Virus record (IMG/VR): IMGVR_UViG_3300044670_002562
Origin: an uncultured virus (IMG/VR IMGVR_UViG_3300044670_002562)
Lineage: Duplodnaviria > Heunggongvirae > Uroviricota > Caudoviricetes
Length of the DNA: 64,000 bases
Strand: one strand, 5' to 3'
A program made the translations under genes and the position numbers. This document shows positions 19,580-28,227 of this stretch, one piece after another. The notes below the pieces were generated by a model, which was given only the letters and a program-made list of their open reading frames with translations, searched no databases and was not told the DNA's origin. Every line of letters starts with the position of its first letter. The stretch's first letter is position 1.

Positions 19580-20500
19580 TTATTTATCTAAAACTCGTTT
19601 TGAGAGTTCTGCGTTAGGCTTAAAATGGGGAGATATCCCCGGCTCGTAGAAAGTTCTAGCCTCTTTTACCAGGGCCGGGATGCTTGGATCCATAAGTGCC
19701 TGCTCTAGGGACTCTAAGACACTGCGCCCGGTCTCCTCTGTAAGGGAGCCAGTGCCTAGAAGAGTTTTAGCCGCCGCGGAGTTCTGCATATTCCAATGCC
19801 GATCTGCGTGGTCTAGTACGGCTAGAGCATCCTGTCTATACATATTACGCAGGCTGGATGTAAGGTTAAATTCGCCGTATGCTCGTCTGAAAGAGCTTAT
19901 GTCTCTGAACCACGACTTTATAGTATCTGGCAGGAGGCCGCCGGCCCGGAAAGCGACAAACTCTCTGAACGCGCCCAGTCCTTGTGTATACGCAATGACC
20001 TTCCATGTAAAGTCGCAATCTGTTGAGGTATGCGTTTTGGTTAAGGCCTGGGCAAGCACGCTGCACAGTACGTTGGCCTTACGGTGTCTATAGTGATCGA
20101 TATCGAAGTACACTTTGCGGTACATCTCTATAGTCTTCTCGCCGTGTAGGGGTTGAAACTCTGCTGCGATCTCTGCGTTTGTAGCATCAGTCATCAGCAT
20201 AGCCTCTACAAGCCACCTATACCCTCCATTATCACCTGCATGCAGGTGAATCATAAAGGCCTCGTGCATAGTCGGATATTTAGAGATATACTCGGGATTG
20301 CGCTCTACGATCTCTTGCCGGCTCCGGTAAAACTCGCACGCAGTAACTAGATGCGTATCTCCAGCTCGGCGCGCTTCCCGGATCTCCTTCTCTGCTGTTA
20401 TAAGAGAACTGTCTACGAAACACCGCATGGCGATAGTCCACCGCCAATTAGGTGCTCGTAGATAGGATGGGATCTGGGCTTGGTGCCGAACCAGATGCAT
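19580..20500 (-). CDS. Hypothetical protein
   Basis: 306 aa ORF translationally coupled (TAATG overlap) to the upstream gene. Confidence 0.75.
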   Translation of the reverse strand: MHLVRHQAQIPSYLRAPNWRWTIAMRCFVDSSLITAEKEIREARRAGDTHLVTACEFYRSRQEIVERNPEYISKYPTMHEAFMIHLHAGDNGGYRWLVEAMLMTDATNAEIAAEFQPLHGEKTIEMYRKVYFDIDHYRHRKANVLCSVLAQALTKTHTSTDCDFTWKVIAYTQGLGAFREFVAFRAGGLLPDTIKSWFRDISSFRRAYGEFNLTSSLRNMYRQDALAVLDHADRHWNMQNSAAAKTLLGTGSLTEETGRSVLESLEQALMDPSIPALVKEARTFYEPGISPHFKPNAELSKRVLDK

Positions 20501-22704
20501 TATACCGCGATATCCTCAGAGAGTGATCCAAAAATATCTTCCGAGAACGTCGGATTATAGGACGTCTTTTCTCGGAGGAAGAGTACTAGGTCCCCGGTCT
20601 TCTTGAAGACGTTAGTGAGGGTGTCTTCCAGCTTTGTGAGGTCCTCCTTGCCGTAACGAGCCTCAAACTCGTCATTATGCCAGTAGAACAGGAACAGCAT
20701 ACGTCCGACTTTATCCATGCCTACTACCATATCTGATATATAGTCCTTACGGATCTCCGAGATATCGGCCTTGTCGATTAGTCCTTGGAGAATGCGGACG
20801 TCAAAAACCTCCTTAATCCCCTGCTCTGCGGCTTGCGTCGCTTGTTCGATAACTGCCCCGGGTAAGACGGGAGAATTATCGGACGCAGACGGCGTGGTGA
20901 GAGACTTGCCCTCTAGGGTGCTGACCTCTTCGGTTACTGCCTCTTCTTGGGAGGTAGAGGGTCCGCCCATCCACGGAGGCTCCGAATATCCGTAAGCCGC
21001 GGTATCGTAGGGCGCTGCGTGCTTAATGAGATATCCTTTATACGCATGAGGAGACGCTTCTGCCTCTTTCAGGATCTGTAGTGCCTGTCCTCCGCCTATA
21101 CCGTGTCGCCAGATGAGGTGCTTAGCTGCGGCCTCTTTTGAGATAAGCCCTGTGGACTGCTCCCCGAACAAGACCTGAGCGTTAAACTCTGTGCTGTGTA
21201 CGCGGAGATGGCGGAGATTGGCCTGCTTATGGATGACTTGGTGCAGCACCGTCGAGGAGTCCCCTAATGATACTTCTCGAGGGGTGTGTTGTTTAGGATA
21301 TGCGGGAGTGCGGCCGTCGAACAGCGTGCGGCGAGTAAATACTCGGGTTCCCTCGGGCACGAATAGATAGCCTGTCTCAAGGCGAAGTTGGGCCTCTGGT
21401 CCGACGAACTCTACCCGCACTACACTACGGTCAGTGCCGCCTTCGAACGACAAATGTCCGTCCGTATAGCCGGCACTGTTGCGGACCGTAACGGAGAAGG
21501 ACCCGTCTGGGTTGCCCTCTCTGTTGATGATGCGTGTAGCGATAGAGTTCTCTGGATTCTGAACAAATAAAACACCTGTGTCTCTGTTGAGTCCTGCCAA
21601 GAGCGTACGAGACGCCTTCTTTCCCCCTTGGATACCGGCCATCTCGTCTGCTGTCACGCTTGTGGCCGGCTTACAGTATACATCAGATGACCGCTTACTT
21701 GTATAGCTCTGCGGATTGTCGATATCCACTAGGCATACTTGGCGATTCTCCGACGAGCGGAATCGGCGCGATGTGATCGACGTATCTGAGATGTGTTTCG
21801 GGAGAAAGATAATAAAGGTTTTGAACGAGCCGTCTGAGAGCAGCACATCGTATAGACCGGGAGAGGTCGGATTCTGCAGGACAGAGCTATCTACCTCCTC
21901 CTGGAAGATCTTAGACAGGGTAGTTCTATTGTCCTTAACGTAGATGCCGTTACGTACCAGTAGTTCTTTTTCTCTATCTCCGAGATCCTTCGCCTCTTTA
22001 GAGGTCATATCGGATATAATGACGACATCATCCTTCGTGGGCTTATTGGGCGTAGCTGCTGAGAACGCTGCGGATTTGGCCATAGATGACACTTGACCTA
22101 CGTCGTAGAAAGAGAATAGAGAGTTACTGAATTCCGGACTGTTGAGAAACGTCTCCAGGAACGCACGAGACGCTGCTTTCCCTAGCTTGGGGATATCCGA
22201 CATAAGATCGATCGGGGAGAAGTTGGTTGCATTAAGTGCGGCGAGCTTTGTCTTCATCCGCAGCCACGTGCTCTCTGTAATAATAGCGTTATCGTCGAAC
22301 GCGGCCTCCTTACCCAGCGAACTGTACCCCTCGTCCAAGATCTGAGTATTTTCTGGGGACGCCTTCTCGATGTTCTCATCGCCGGCTAGCTCGGACTTTC
22401 CGATAGCCTTAGTTCCCTGTTCCTTGATAGACGAAATCCAGTTATCTAGTGCCGGAACAAAGATATCCTTCTGCTTAACGTAGATTAGGTCTAGTCCTTT
22501 AATGTTTCCTTTTAGAAAGAATACAGGGATATATAGCCATAGGTTATTCACAACAAAGGCTGCGACGCCTACTGCTTTCGTGTCATCCTCCGTCTTATCG
22601 ATGACTTGAAACCCTACTCGGTGCTCTACCAATGACGGCAGCTTCTCGCTGATCTGGGAATCGGCTAGCTGTCCAAATTTATGCTCAAAGCTGACGTCGG
22701 CCAT
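20500..22704 (-). CDS. Hypothetical head-module protein with multiple KxA motifs
   Basis: 734 aa ORF with RBS; KEAA, KLAA, KAAS, KSAA, KQAN, KHAA. Confidence 0.75.
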   Translation of the reverse strand: MADVSFEHKFGQLADSQISEKLPSLVEHRVGFQVIDKTEDDTKAVGVAAFVVNNLWLYIPVFFLKGNIKGLDLIYVKQKDIFVPALDNWISSIKEQGTKAIGKSELAGDENIEKASPENTQILDEGYSSLGKEAAFDDNAIITESTWLRMKTKLAALNATNFSPIDLMSDIPKLGKAASRAFLETFLNSPEFSNSLFSFYDVGQVSSMAKSAAFSAATPNKPTKDDVVIISDMTSKEAKDLGDREKELLVRNGIYVKDNRTTLSKIFQEEVDSSVLQNPTSPGLYDVLLSDGSFKTFIIFLPKHISDTSITSRRFRSSENRQVCLVDIDNPQSYTSKRSSDVYCKPATSVTADEMAGIQGGKKASRTLLAGLNRDTGVLFVQNPENSIATRIINREGNPDGSFSVTVRNSAGYTDGHLSFEGGTDRSVVRVEFVGPEAQLRLETGYLFVPEGTRVFTRRTLFDGRTPAYPKQHTPREVSLGDSSTVLHQVIHKQANLRHLRVHSTEFNAQVLFGEQSTGLISKEAAAKHLIWRHGIGGGQALQILKEAEASPHAYKGYLIKHAAPYDTAAYGYSEPPWMGGPSTSQEEAVTEEVSTLEGKSLTTPSASDNSPVLPGAVIEQATQAAEQGIKEVFDVRILQGLIDKADISEIRKDYISDMVVGMDKVGRMLFLFYWHNDEFEARYGKEDLTKLEDTLTNVFKKTGDLVLFLREKTSYNPTFSEDIFGSLSEDIAV

Positions 22705-22760
22705 AATGGATATCCTCTAAACTCCTAAACTTCGTGAAATGATAAAAACTAAACCTAAAT

Positions 22761-25031
22761 TTACAACCTGACGGGGTCCAACACTTTAGGAACATACGAC
22801 GTTCCCTCGTGAGGGCTACTTGATCCTAACCGCGCAGACTCTAGGAATGACTTCTTAAGGCCGAATCCTGATAATCTTACTTTCCAGTCGGGATCGCTTC
22901 CAAGAACACCCATCGCTCTAACCACATGCGGTTCAAACCCCGGGCCTTCTTTATGAGTAACAATAGTCTCTACCCCACTATCTTCCAAATCTTTCGCAAT
23001 CTTTGAGGTTACTTGGGTACCAATCGAGTAATGTAGTACCGGCTTCTCGAGATACTTACCTACTGCGCGCTTGGGTTTGGCCTCTGCTGAATCTTCTCGC
23101 GGCTCGTACTCACTAGCGAGCTGCGTGTAGGGCACAATGTCTGAAATTGCGTATCCCATTACTCCCTCTGGGCGTGTAATCCGCACTTTATCGAAGAACG
23201 CTCGAGAGAGTACTTCAACATTACGTCTATGGGACGGCACACCGTTCTTTGTTAGGATCTCGTAGAATTTATCTTGGAAATATTTCCTCCCCTCTCCTAA
23301 TCCTTTCATCTCTGCAATCTGCGCAGGATTTGGGGTGCCGTCTGAGATCGAATCGCCAGCAGATACGTCGTTCCCTATACGTACGGTAAGTTTACGAGTA
23401 TCGGGCACATACACTACCTCGTTATTTATGTACACATATCTGCCACCTTGGGGAGCATCTGTGATGTTAGTGATTTTGCCGGCCTGGGGCGCTAGGACCG
23501 CGCCTCCCTTGAACGTCTTAGGTACCTGCACGAACTGGTTTACCTCATCGAATCCTGACACATTAGAGTCATTTACCCCGACTACTCCGCCTAAGTGTTT
23601 TGCGGAGAGAGCCAGCTGCTGTGTCATAGGCTCCGAGAGTACTCGGGCGGACTCTATGCCTATATACGCTCCCATTGGAGGGAATCTATTCTGGTCGCGC
23701 TTCCCTGAGCACATCTGACATACGCCTTCTGGCATCTGACAGGTGAGTAGGGAGCGGATCATGACTTTCTTGCCTCGGAGGGTCGCTAAATCTTTGCGAG
23801 AAACCGCTGTGTTGCGAGCTATGCCGCCTATATCCTTAGCCACGACTGATCCTAGTATTTCCGGATCATCTCCAGCAACCATAAGACCTACGTCAGATGC
23901 CCCGCAATCCTCACCAGTTACCCTTATATGCTGGGACATGGCGGCCAGCTGCTTCCCTAAGAATCCTGTCTTAGCTGTGGCGAACTGCACGTCTGAGTTA
24001 CTAACAATGAGTCCGTTAGCTAGAACAAACCTATGATCTGGGTGATCTACTTCTAAGTCGTATGTAGGCCTAAGGCCTATAGGCGTAATTTCTTCTCTCT
24101 TTTGCAGGAATCCCGGCACATCATTTGCCTGCTTATCTAAGATAATAGTCCTATCACTGACCCGCCCCCTCTCCGCGGAGGTAATAGGTACCATCTCCCC
24201 GTCAGCCTCCCCCAGTATCTTATGGTCTGGGGTGGCTTCGATGTATATTGCGCGCCCTTCTCCGAAGTAATATCGGTAGATTACGTGGACTCCGTTATAG
24301 TGTCGGGCGATTACCTCTACCGGGTATGTCTTCCCGTCCTTATCTGCGCCTAGTACAACATCGCCGGGAGCTATATCCTCTATGCGCTTTACAGACGTGT
24401 CGGCCATTCGTACGAGTGTGTTTGGAGCTAAGCAGTATCCTTTACGAGACGCGTATGAGCCTGCCCAGAACTCTGGGCCCGTTACGCCTTCCCCGTATCC
24501 GTGCAGACCTGGAATTGGCACTGGCTGGTCCTTGTGATCGGCCACTAGCATATCCCCAAACAATAGCTGCGTTAGCTGAGTCGGAGATCCGCGAAGCCCT
24601 TGTTTTACCATCTCTCCGTACGCATTAGGGCGTTCCTCTAGCTCTGCTAGTAACGTCTTCTGTATAGTAGGCATAGCCTTCTGCATAGTGCTCATTATCT
24701 TCTCGTCCTTTTGCTTGGACGTTAGAACACGACTTTGGGAGATGCTCCTGATCTTTTCCTGTAGCTGTTTTCTGTACGCCTTAGTCTTGGGAGGTAGGCG
24801 CAGGTCCGTTAGACGTAGTGAGGATGTTCCCCCGTACTCTGTTGCAACTATGCGAGAAATATCGGACAGCTTTTTCAGTACTGTCACGTACTCGTCAGGA
24901 TGCTTTTCGGCAAGCTCTTGGAAGAACGCTGATGATGTCTTCTTATTAAAGACGCGCTCGGGATCACGCATAGAGTCAGGAATTGCCTGATCTATCAGTA
25001 TCCTACCTAGAGTTGTCCGGTGTCGGGGCAT
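22761..25031 (-). CDS. RNA polymerase beta' subunit, C-terminal part (RpoC2-like), containing a mini-intein
   Basis: TTLGRILI start, bridge helix (FWAGSYASRKGY/SDVQFATAKTGFLGKQL), Zn site (DCG...RSLLTC...VCQMCSG), trigger loop (SEPMTQQLALSAKHLGG). Confidence 0.9.
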   Translation of the reverse strand: MPRHRTTLGRILIDQAIPDSMRDPERVFNKKTSSAFFQELAEKHPDEYVTVLKKLSDISRIVATEYGGTSSLRLTDLRLPPKTKAYRKQLQEKIRSISQSRVLTSKQKDEKIMSTMQKAMPTIQKTLLAELEERPNAYGEMVKQGLRGSPTQLTQLLFGDMLVADHKDQPVPIPGLHGYGEGVTGPEFWAGSYASRKGYCLAPNTLVRMADTSVKRIEDIAPGDVVLGADKDGKTYPVEVIARHYNGVHVIYRYYFGEGRAIYIEATPDHKILGEADGEMVPITSAERGRVSDRTIILDKQANDVPGFLQKREEITPIGLRPTYDLEVDHPDHRFVLANGLIVSNSDVQFATAKTGFLGKQLAAMSQHIRVTGEDCGASDVGLMVAGDDPEILGSVVAKDIGGIARNTAVSRKDLATLRGKKVMIRSLLTCQMPEGVCQMCSGKRDQNRFPPMGAYIGIESARVLSEPMTQQLALSAKHLGGVVGVNDSNVSGFDEVNQFVQVPKTFKGGAVLAPQAGKITNITDAPQGGRYVYINNEVVYVPDTRKLTVRIGNDVSAGDSISDGTPNPAQIAEMKGLGEGRKYFQDKFYEILTKNGVPSHRRNVEVLSRAFFDKVRITRPEGVMGYAISDIVPYTQLASEYEPREDSAEAKPKRAVGKYLEKPVLHYSIGTQVTSKIAKDLEDSGVETIVTHKEGPGFEPHVVRAMGVLGSDPDWKVRLSGFGLKKSFLESARLGSSSPHEGTSYVPKVLDPVRL
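23997..24434 (-). mobile_element. Mini-intein (146 aa, no endonuclease) in the beta' bridge helix
   Basis: C1 CLAPNT, block B ATPDHKI, block F PTYDLEV, C-terminal IVSN followed by +1 Ser; excision restores a continuous bridge helix. Confidence 0.9.
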
Positions 25032-25633
25032 TACTTTCTACTGGCGAGCCATGACCCTATAATAGGAACTGAGCTTATTCTTCTTGTCCAAGTGTCTGAC
25101 TCCTCGGAGCTTGACGCATTGTCGCGGAACCTGTTCGCGAGCTCTAGAAGCTTAGCTTTTTTTGTAGGATTTGCCTCTGCCTTAGCCGCTTGTTCAAATA
25201 ACTGCCCTCGGAGGCGCTGCGCCGCCAAAAGCCTAAGATTCCCTACTCTAGGCCGAGCTTCTCTGCGAGTTTCAGGAGTATCCGGTCCTTTTAGGACTGG
25301 GTGCAAGGACGATGCAAAATCTTTTTCCTCTTCAGAGATCTCCGATGAGGGGTTCGCCAGCACATAACTTTTATATTCACCTAGCGAATCAAAGTCTTGG
25401 CGACGCCCTTTCATTAGCTCTCCTGCTGCAAGCCCCGCGCCTGCTCCTAAGCCTCCTCCGATTAGATACTTGTTAAAAGTTCTGTCGGACTCTGGGACTA
25501 GCTTACGCGTCAGAGCTACCCCGATGACAGCGCCTATTGGCGTTGTTATAAGTGACGGATTAATTGGGTCCTTCATTTTTTTAGCGCTACTCCGCGTATT
25601 GCCCCAGAGCTCTGAGGACTTGGATGAGTGCAT
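25031..25633 (-). CDS. Glycine-zipper membrane protein
   Basis: IGAVIGVAL and IGGGLGAGAGLAAG helices; coupled to the beta'-C gene. Confidence 0.65.
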   Translation of the reverse strand: MHSSKSSELWGNTRSSAKKMKDPINPSLITTPIGAVIGVALTRKLVPESDRTFNKYLIGGGLGAGAGLAAGELMKGRRQDFDSLGEYKSYVLANPSSEISEEEKDFASSLHPVLKGPDTPETRREARPRVGNLRLLAAQRLRGQLFEQAAKAEANPTKKAKLLELANRFRDNASSSEESDTWTRRISSVPIIGSWLASRK

Positions 25634-26399
25634 TATCCTGGTCGGCGGCCTCTAGCTGCTGAGGCATACTTGCCGGAGACATGGGCATGCCTTGCTCTGG
25701 CAGGGGAGGCAGCTCCTCCGGCAGCGGCATAGCGCTCGGCATAGGCACGGTGCTGAGTGACTCGTCGGTCAAATTTGCTACACTAGGCGGGAGAGCAGCC
25801 TCGCCATCCGGCACAGTCTCTGGAACTGCTACCCCCATCGTGTTCGCCATCTGCACAAGCAGGGCCTCTAGCTCATCGATGCGAGATTCCAGCTCCTTAT
25901 TAGTAACTCGAGACGACTCGGTATCCTCGCTAGGCTTTGCTTGTTCGGCAGGGGCCTGGGCTGCAGCGGCTGCTTCGATAAGCATCTGGAGATCTTGGGC
26001 AGATAGGGTAACGGGCTGCATTTCCATTCCGGCCATTCCGGCGGCGGGAGGCATACCGGCCATGCTAGGATCCATAGGAGGCATACCGGCCATGCTAGGA
26101 TCCATAGGATCCATAGGAGGCATAGGAGGCATACCGGCCATGCTAGGATCCATAGGAGGCATAGGAGGCATACCGGCCATGCTAGGATCCATAGGAGGCA
26201 TAGGAGGCATACCGGCCATGCTAGGATCCATAGGAGGCATACCGGCCATGCTAGGATCCATAGGAGGCGCAGCAGCGCCTGCCAGAGCAGGATCTTGAGC
26301 AGGAGCAGTCGCTCCTAGTTGCCCCGGCGAAAGAGTAGGTGGAGTGTACGCTTCCTTGGTAAGGTTGAGTACTTTATTTAACAAGTCTTTATCAATCAT
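25587..26399 (-). CDS. Pro/Met-rich low-complexity protein with short coiled coil
   Basis: Leader ending TKEA; PPMDPSMAGM repeats; ELESRIDELEALL coil. Confidence 0.7.
   Translation of the reverse strand: MIDKDLLNKVLNLTKEAYTPPTLSPGQLGATAPAQDPALAGAAAPPMDPSMAGMPPMDPSMAGMPPMPPMDPSMAGMPPMPPMDPSMAGMPPMPPMDPMDPSMAGMPPMDPSMAGMPPAAGMAGMEMQPVTLSAQDLQMLIEAAAAAQAPAEQAKPSEDTESSRVTNKELESRIDELEALLVQMANTMGVAVPETVPDGEAALPPSVANLTDESLSTVPMPSAMPLPEELPPLPEQGMPMSPASMPQQLEAADQDNALIQVLRALGQYAE
26047..26268. repeat. Coding tandem repeat, six nucleotide-identical copies of CCGGCCATGCTAGGATCCATA (DPSMAGM) with 9-nt PPM sub-repeats
   Basis: Directly visible in-frame 30/39/48-nt units. Confidence 0.9.
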
Positions 26400-26431
26400 C
26401 TTTACTGAGCCTCCTAAGGCATACGATATGG

Positions 26432-26989
26432 TTAAACGGGCTGATGTCGAGTGTTCAAGTACCCTGCAAAAAATCCTCTAGTTTTCGAATCTTGCTGATA
26501 AGAGGCGCACTTCCACTTTCTGCGGGCTTTGCATATTCTTTTATCCGGAGTTCTGGAGCAATCTATGCTATGCATCTTTCTTTGGCCATCCGAGCGGGCG
26601 CAAAAACTTTTACGCCTCTTAGAGGCTTTACCTCCTTTCTTAACTTTACCACTAACGGGGGCCTTTAAATTACTTCCAGGGTTCTGTCTTTCATAAGACT
26701 TTCTACCTTTCTCGTTAAGGCCTCCTTCGCTATTCTGACCTTCTCGCCTAGTCCAAGCCGCGTTTTTTTTCTTTTTAGCTGCCTCTTTACATAGATTTAG
26801 AATACGTATTCTAAAATCTGTGCGATCCGAAGCTTCTTTTGCCACAGATGTTGCGTATTCTTTTAGTTTTGCCTCTGACATACTGTCTGCTATCTCCTTT
26901 ACTTTTTTGGAAGCGTCGGGATTGTTTCCCCGTTTATACGCCAGCGCAGCTCCGAATAGGCGCTGCTGTGCTGTAGAGGCGGCTGGCAC
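26432..26989 (-). CDS. Basic two-module protein (DUF3008-like plus DUF6321-like modules)
   Basis: MPAASTAQQRLFG...LKEYAT module, then AAWTRREG..GGLNEKGRKSY..RRKSFCAR..RRKWKC module, separated by two KEA motifs; family names recalled, not searched. Confidence 0.65.
   Translation of the reverse strand: MPAASTAQQRLFGAALAYKRGNNPDASKKVKEIADSMSEAKLKEYATSVAKEASDRTDFRIRILNLCKEAAKKKKNAAWTRREGQNSEGGLNEKGRKSYERQNPGSNLKAPVSGKVKKGGKASKRRKSFCARSDGQRKMHSIDCSRTPDKRICKARRKWKCASYQQDSKTRGFFAGYLNTRHQPV
26796..26815. promoter_or_regulatory. Perfect 20-bp palindrome TTTAGAATACGTATTCTAAA (recurrent motif, intragenic copy)
   Basis: Exact symmetry; contains the 16-bp core. Confidence 0.5.
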
Positions 26990-28221
26990 TACTCTTCCCT
27001 CTTCTTGCGGCCGAACATCTCCGGGGATATGCGGAGCTTAGTTCCGGGATCGTATCCAGGAAAGTCTTCTCGGCGTCTTTTTAGGTTGACTGCGTCTGCC
27101 ATAGATTGGACGAATGTATTAGAGTTTATCCCTTTTCCGATAATATTCTTCCATACAGGCGGATAGAAGTGAGGATTCTCTCGCTCATTGTATCGGTACG
27201 CCTCGCCCGCATTAAGGATTTTTGATATAATCTCATCCGTACTCTTGCCTTGGTTTATAGAACGGCTAATATGAGTTTCCCAGAACTTATCCTGCCTAGG
27301 GCTGCCTTGGGTGCTGACGTATTCCCTGAACGCTTTGACGTCATTACCGTAGTTCCGGTGGTATCTAAGCCGACGTTTGCTAAAGAACCCCGGCTTCACA
27401 TTATATGCTCCGACAAGTACTGCCGGCGTGTCCCCGAACTTAGTGACCGCGTCTCCGAACTTCTCCGGGTCTTTGGGAACTAGTACAAAGAACTGGTGCC
27501 TGCCTATGGGCGATTTTCCAATCCCAGTATCTACAGCAACCCTGCGAGATCCTAGGTAGATGCCGGGCGGGAGGGTCTCCTTTGCTATAAGCTCTGTTCC
27601 GGTAGACTTAGCTGCCTTAAAGAGCTTCTTAGGCAGGCGGAGATCTCCGCCTATATCTCCTTTTGGGAAATCTCGACGACGTTTGTCGATACCGGCTACG
27701 TCCGCCATAGTCTGCGCGAACGTATTAGAGTTGGGGTGCATACCTAGAAGATTCGGAACCAGGGCAGGGTAGTACACTGGTCGCTTCGCCGTATTCTTAG
27801 CGTAGTTCCTCCCTGCCTGCAGCACTCTCTGGATAGTCTCATCTATGTCCCTCTTAGGGACGATCGGACGACTTAGTACAGGGTTCCAGAATCGATCAAC
27901 GTCTTTCTTTGAGTGGGTCGCTGTATATTCGCGTATTGCCGATAGGTCGTCTCGCTCGTTTCTGCGGTAACCTAGGCTTGGTCTAGACAGTATTTTTTCT
28001 GACGGGACCCTGTATCCTCCTACCACTATTCCGCGATTACCGTTCCCTAGATCGGCATCCAATCCCTTAAACTTTTCAGGATCTTTAGGGACCAGTACAA
28101 AGAACTGATGTCTGAAGTAGTTTGGGTTTACTTTGCTGCGGGGATCGGCCACTCTGCGGGTCCCTAGGTATATTCCAGGACTGAGTGTTCCACTCTCTAT
28201 AAGCTCTTCGTGCTTCTTCAT
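26989..28221 (-). CDS. Protein of two tandem ~200-aa domains, papain-like fold tentative
   Basis: Both halves carry PGIYLG.RRVA, RHQFFVLVPKDPEKF and NSNTF.Q.MAD. Confidence 0.7.
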   Translation of the reverse strand: MKKHEELIESGTLSPGIYLGTRRVADPRSKVNPNYFRHQFFVLVPKDPEKFKGLDADLGNGNRGIVVGGYRVPSEKILSRPSLGYRRNERDDLSAIREYTATHSKKDVDRFWNPVLSRPIVPKRDIDETIQRVLQAGRNYAKNTAKRPVYYPALVPNLLGMHPNSNTFAQTMADVAGIDKRRRDFPKGDIGGDLRLPKKLFKAAKSTGTELIAKETLPPGIYLGSRRVAVDTGIGKSPIGRHQFFVLVPKDPEKFGDAVTKFGDTPAVLVGAYNVKPGFFSKRRLRYHRNYGNDVKAFREYVSTQGSPRQDKFWETHISRSINQGKSTDEIISKILNAGEAYRYNERENPHFYPPVWKNIIGKGINSNTFVQSMADAVNLKRRREDFPGYDPGTKLRISPEMFGRKKREE

Positions 28222-28227
28222 AGGTAC

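Noticed and set aside
26047..26268. Possible CRISPR array
   Set aside because: Units are in-frame coding repeats with no unique spacers, and no cas genes are present.
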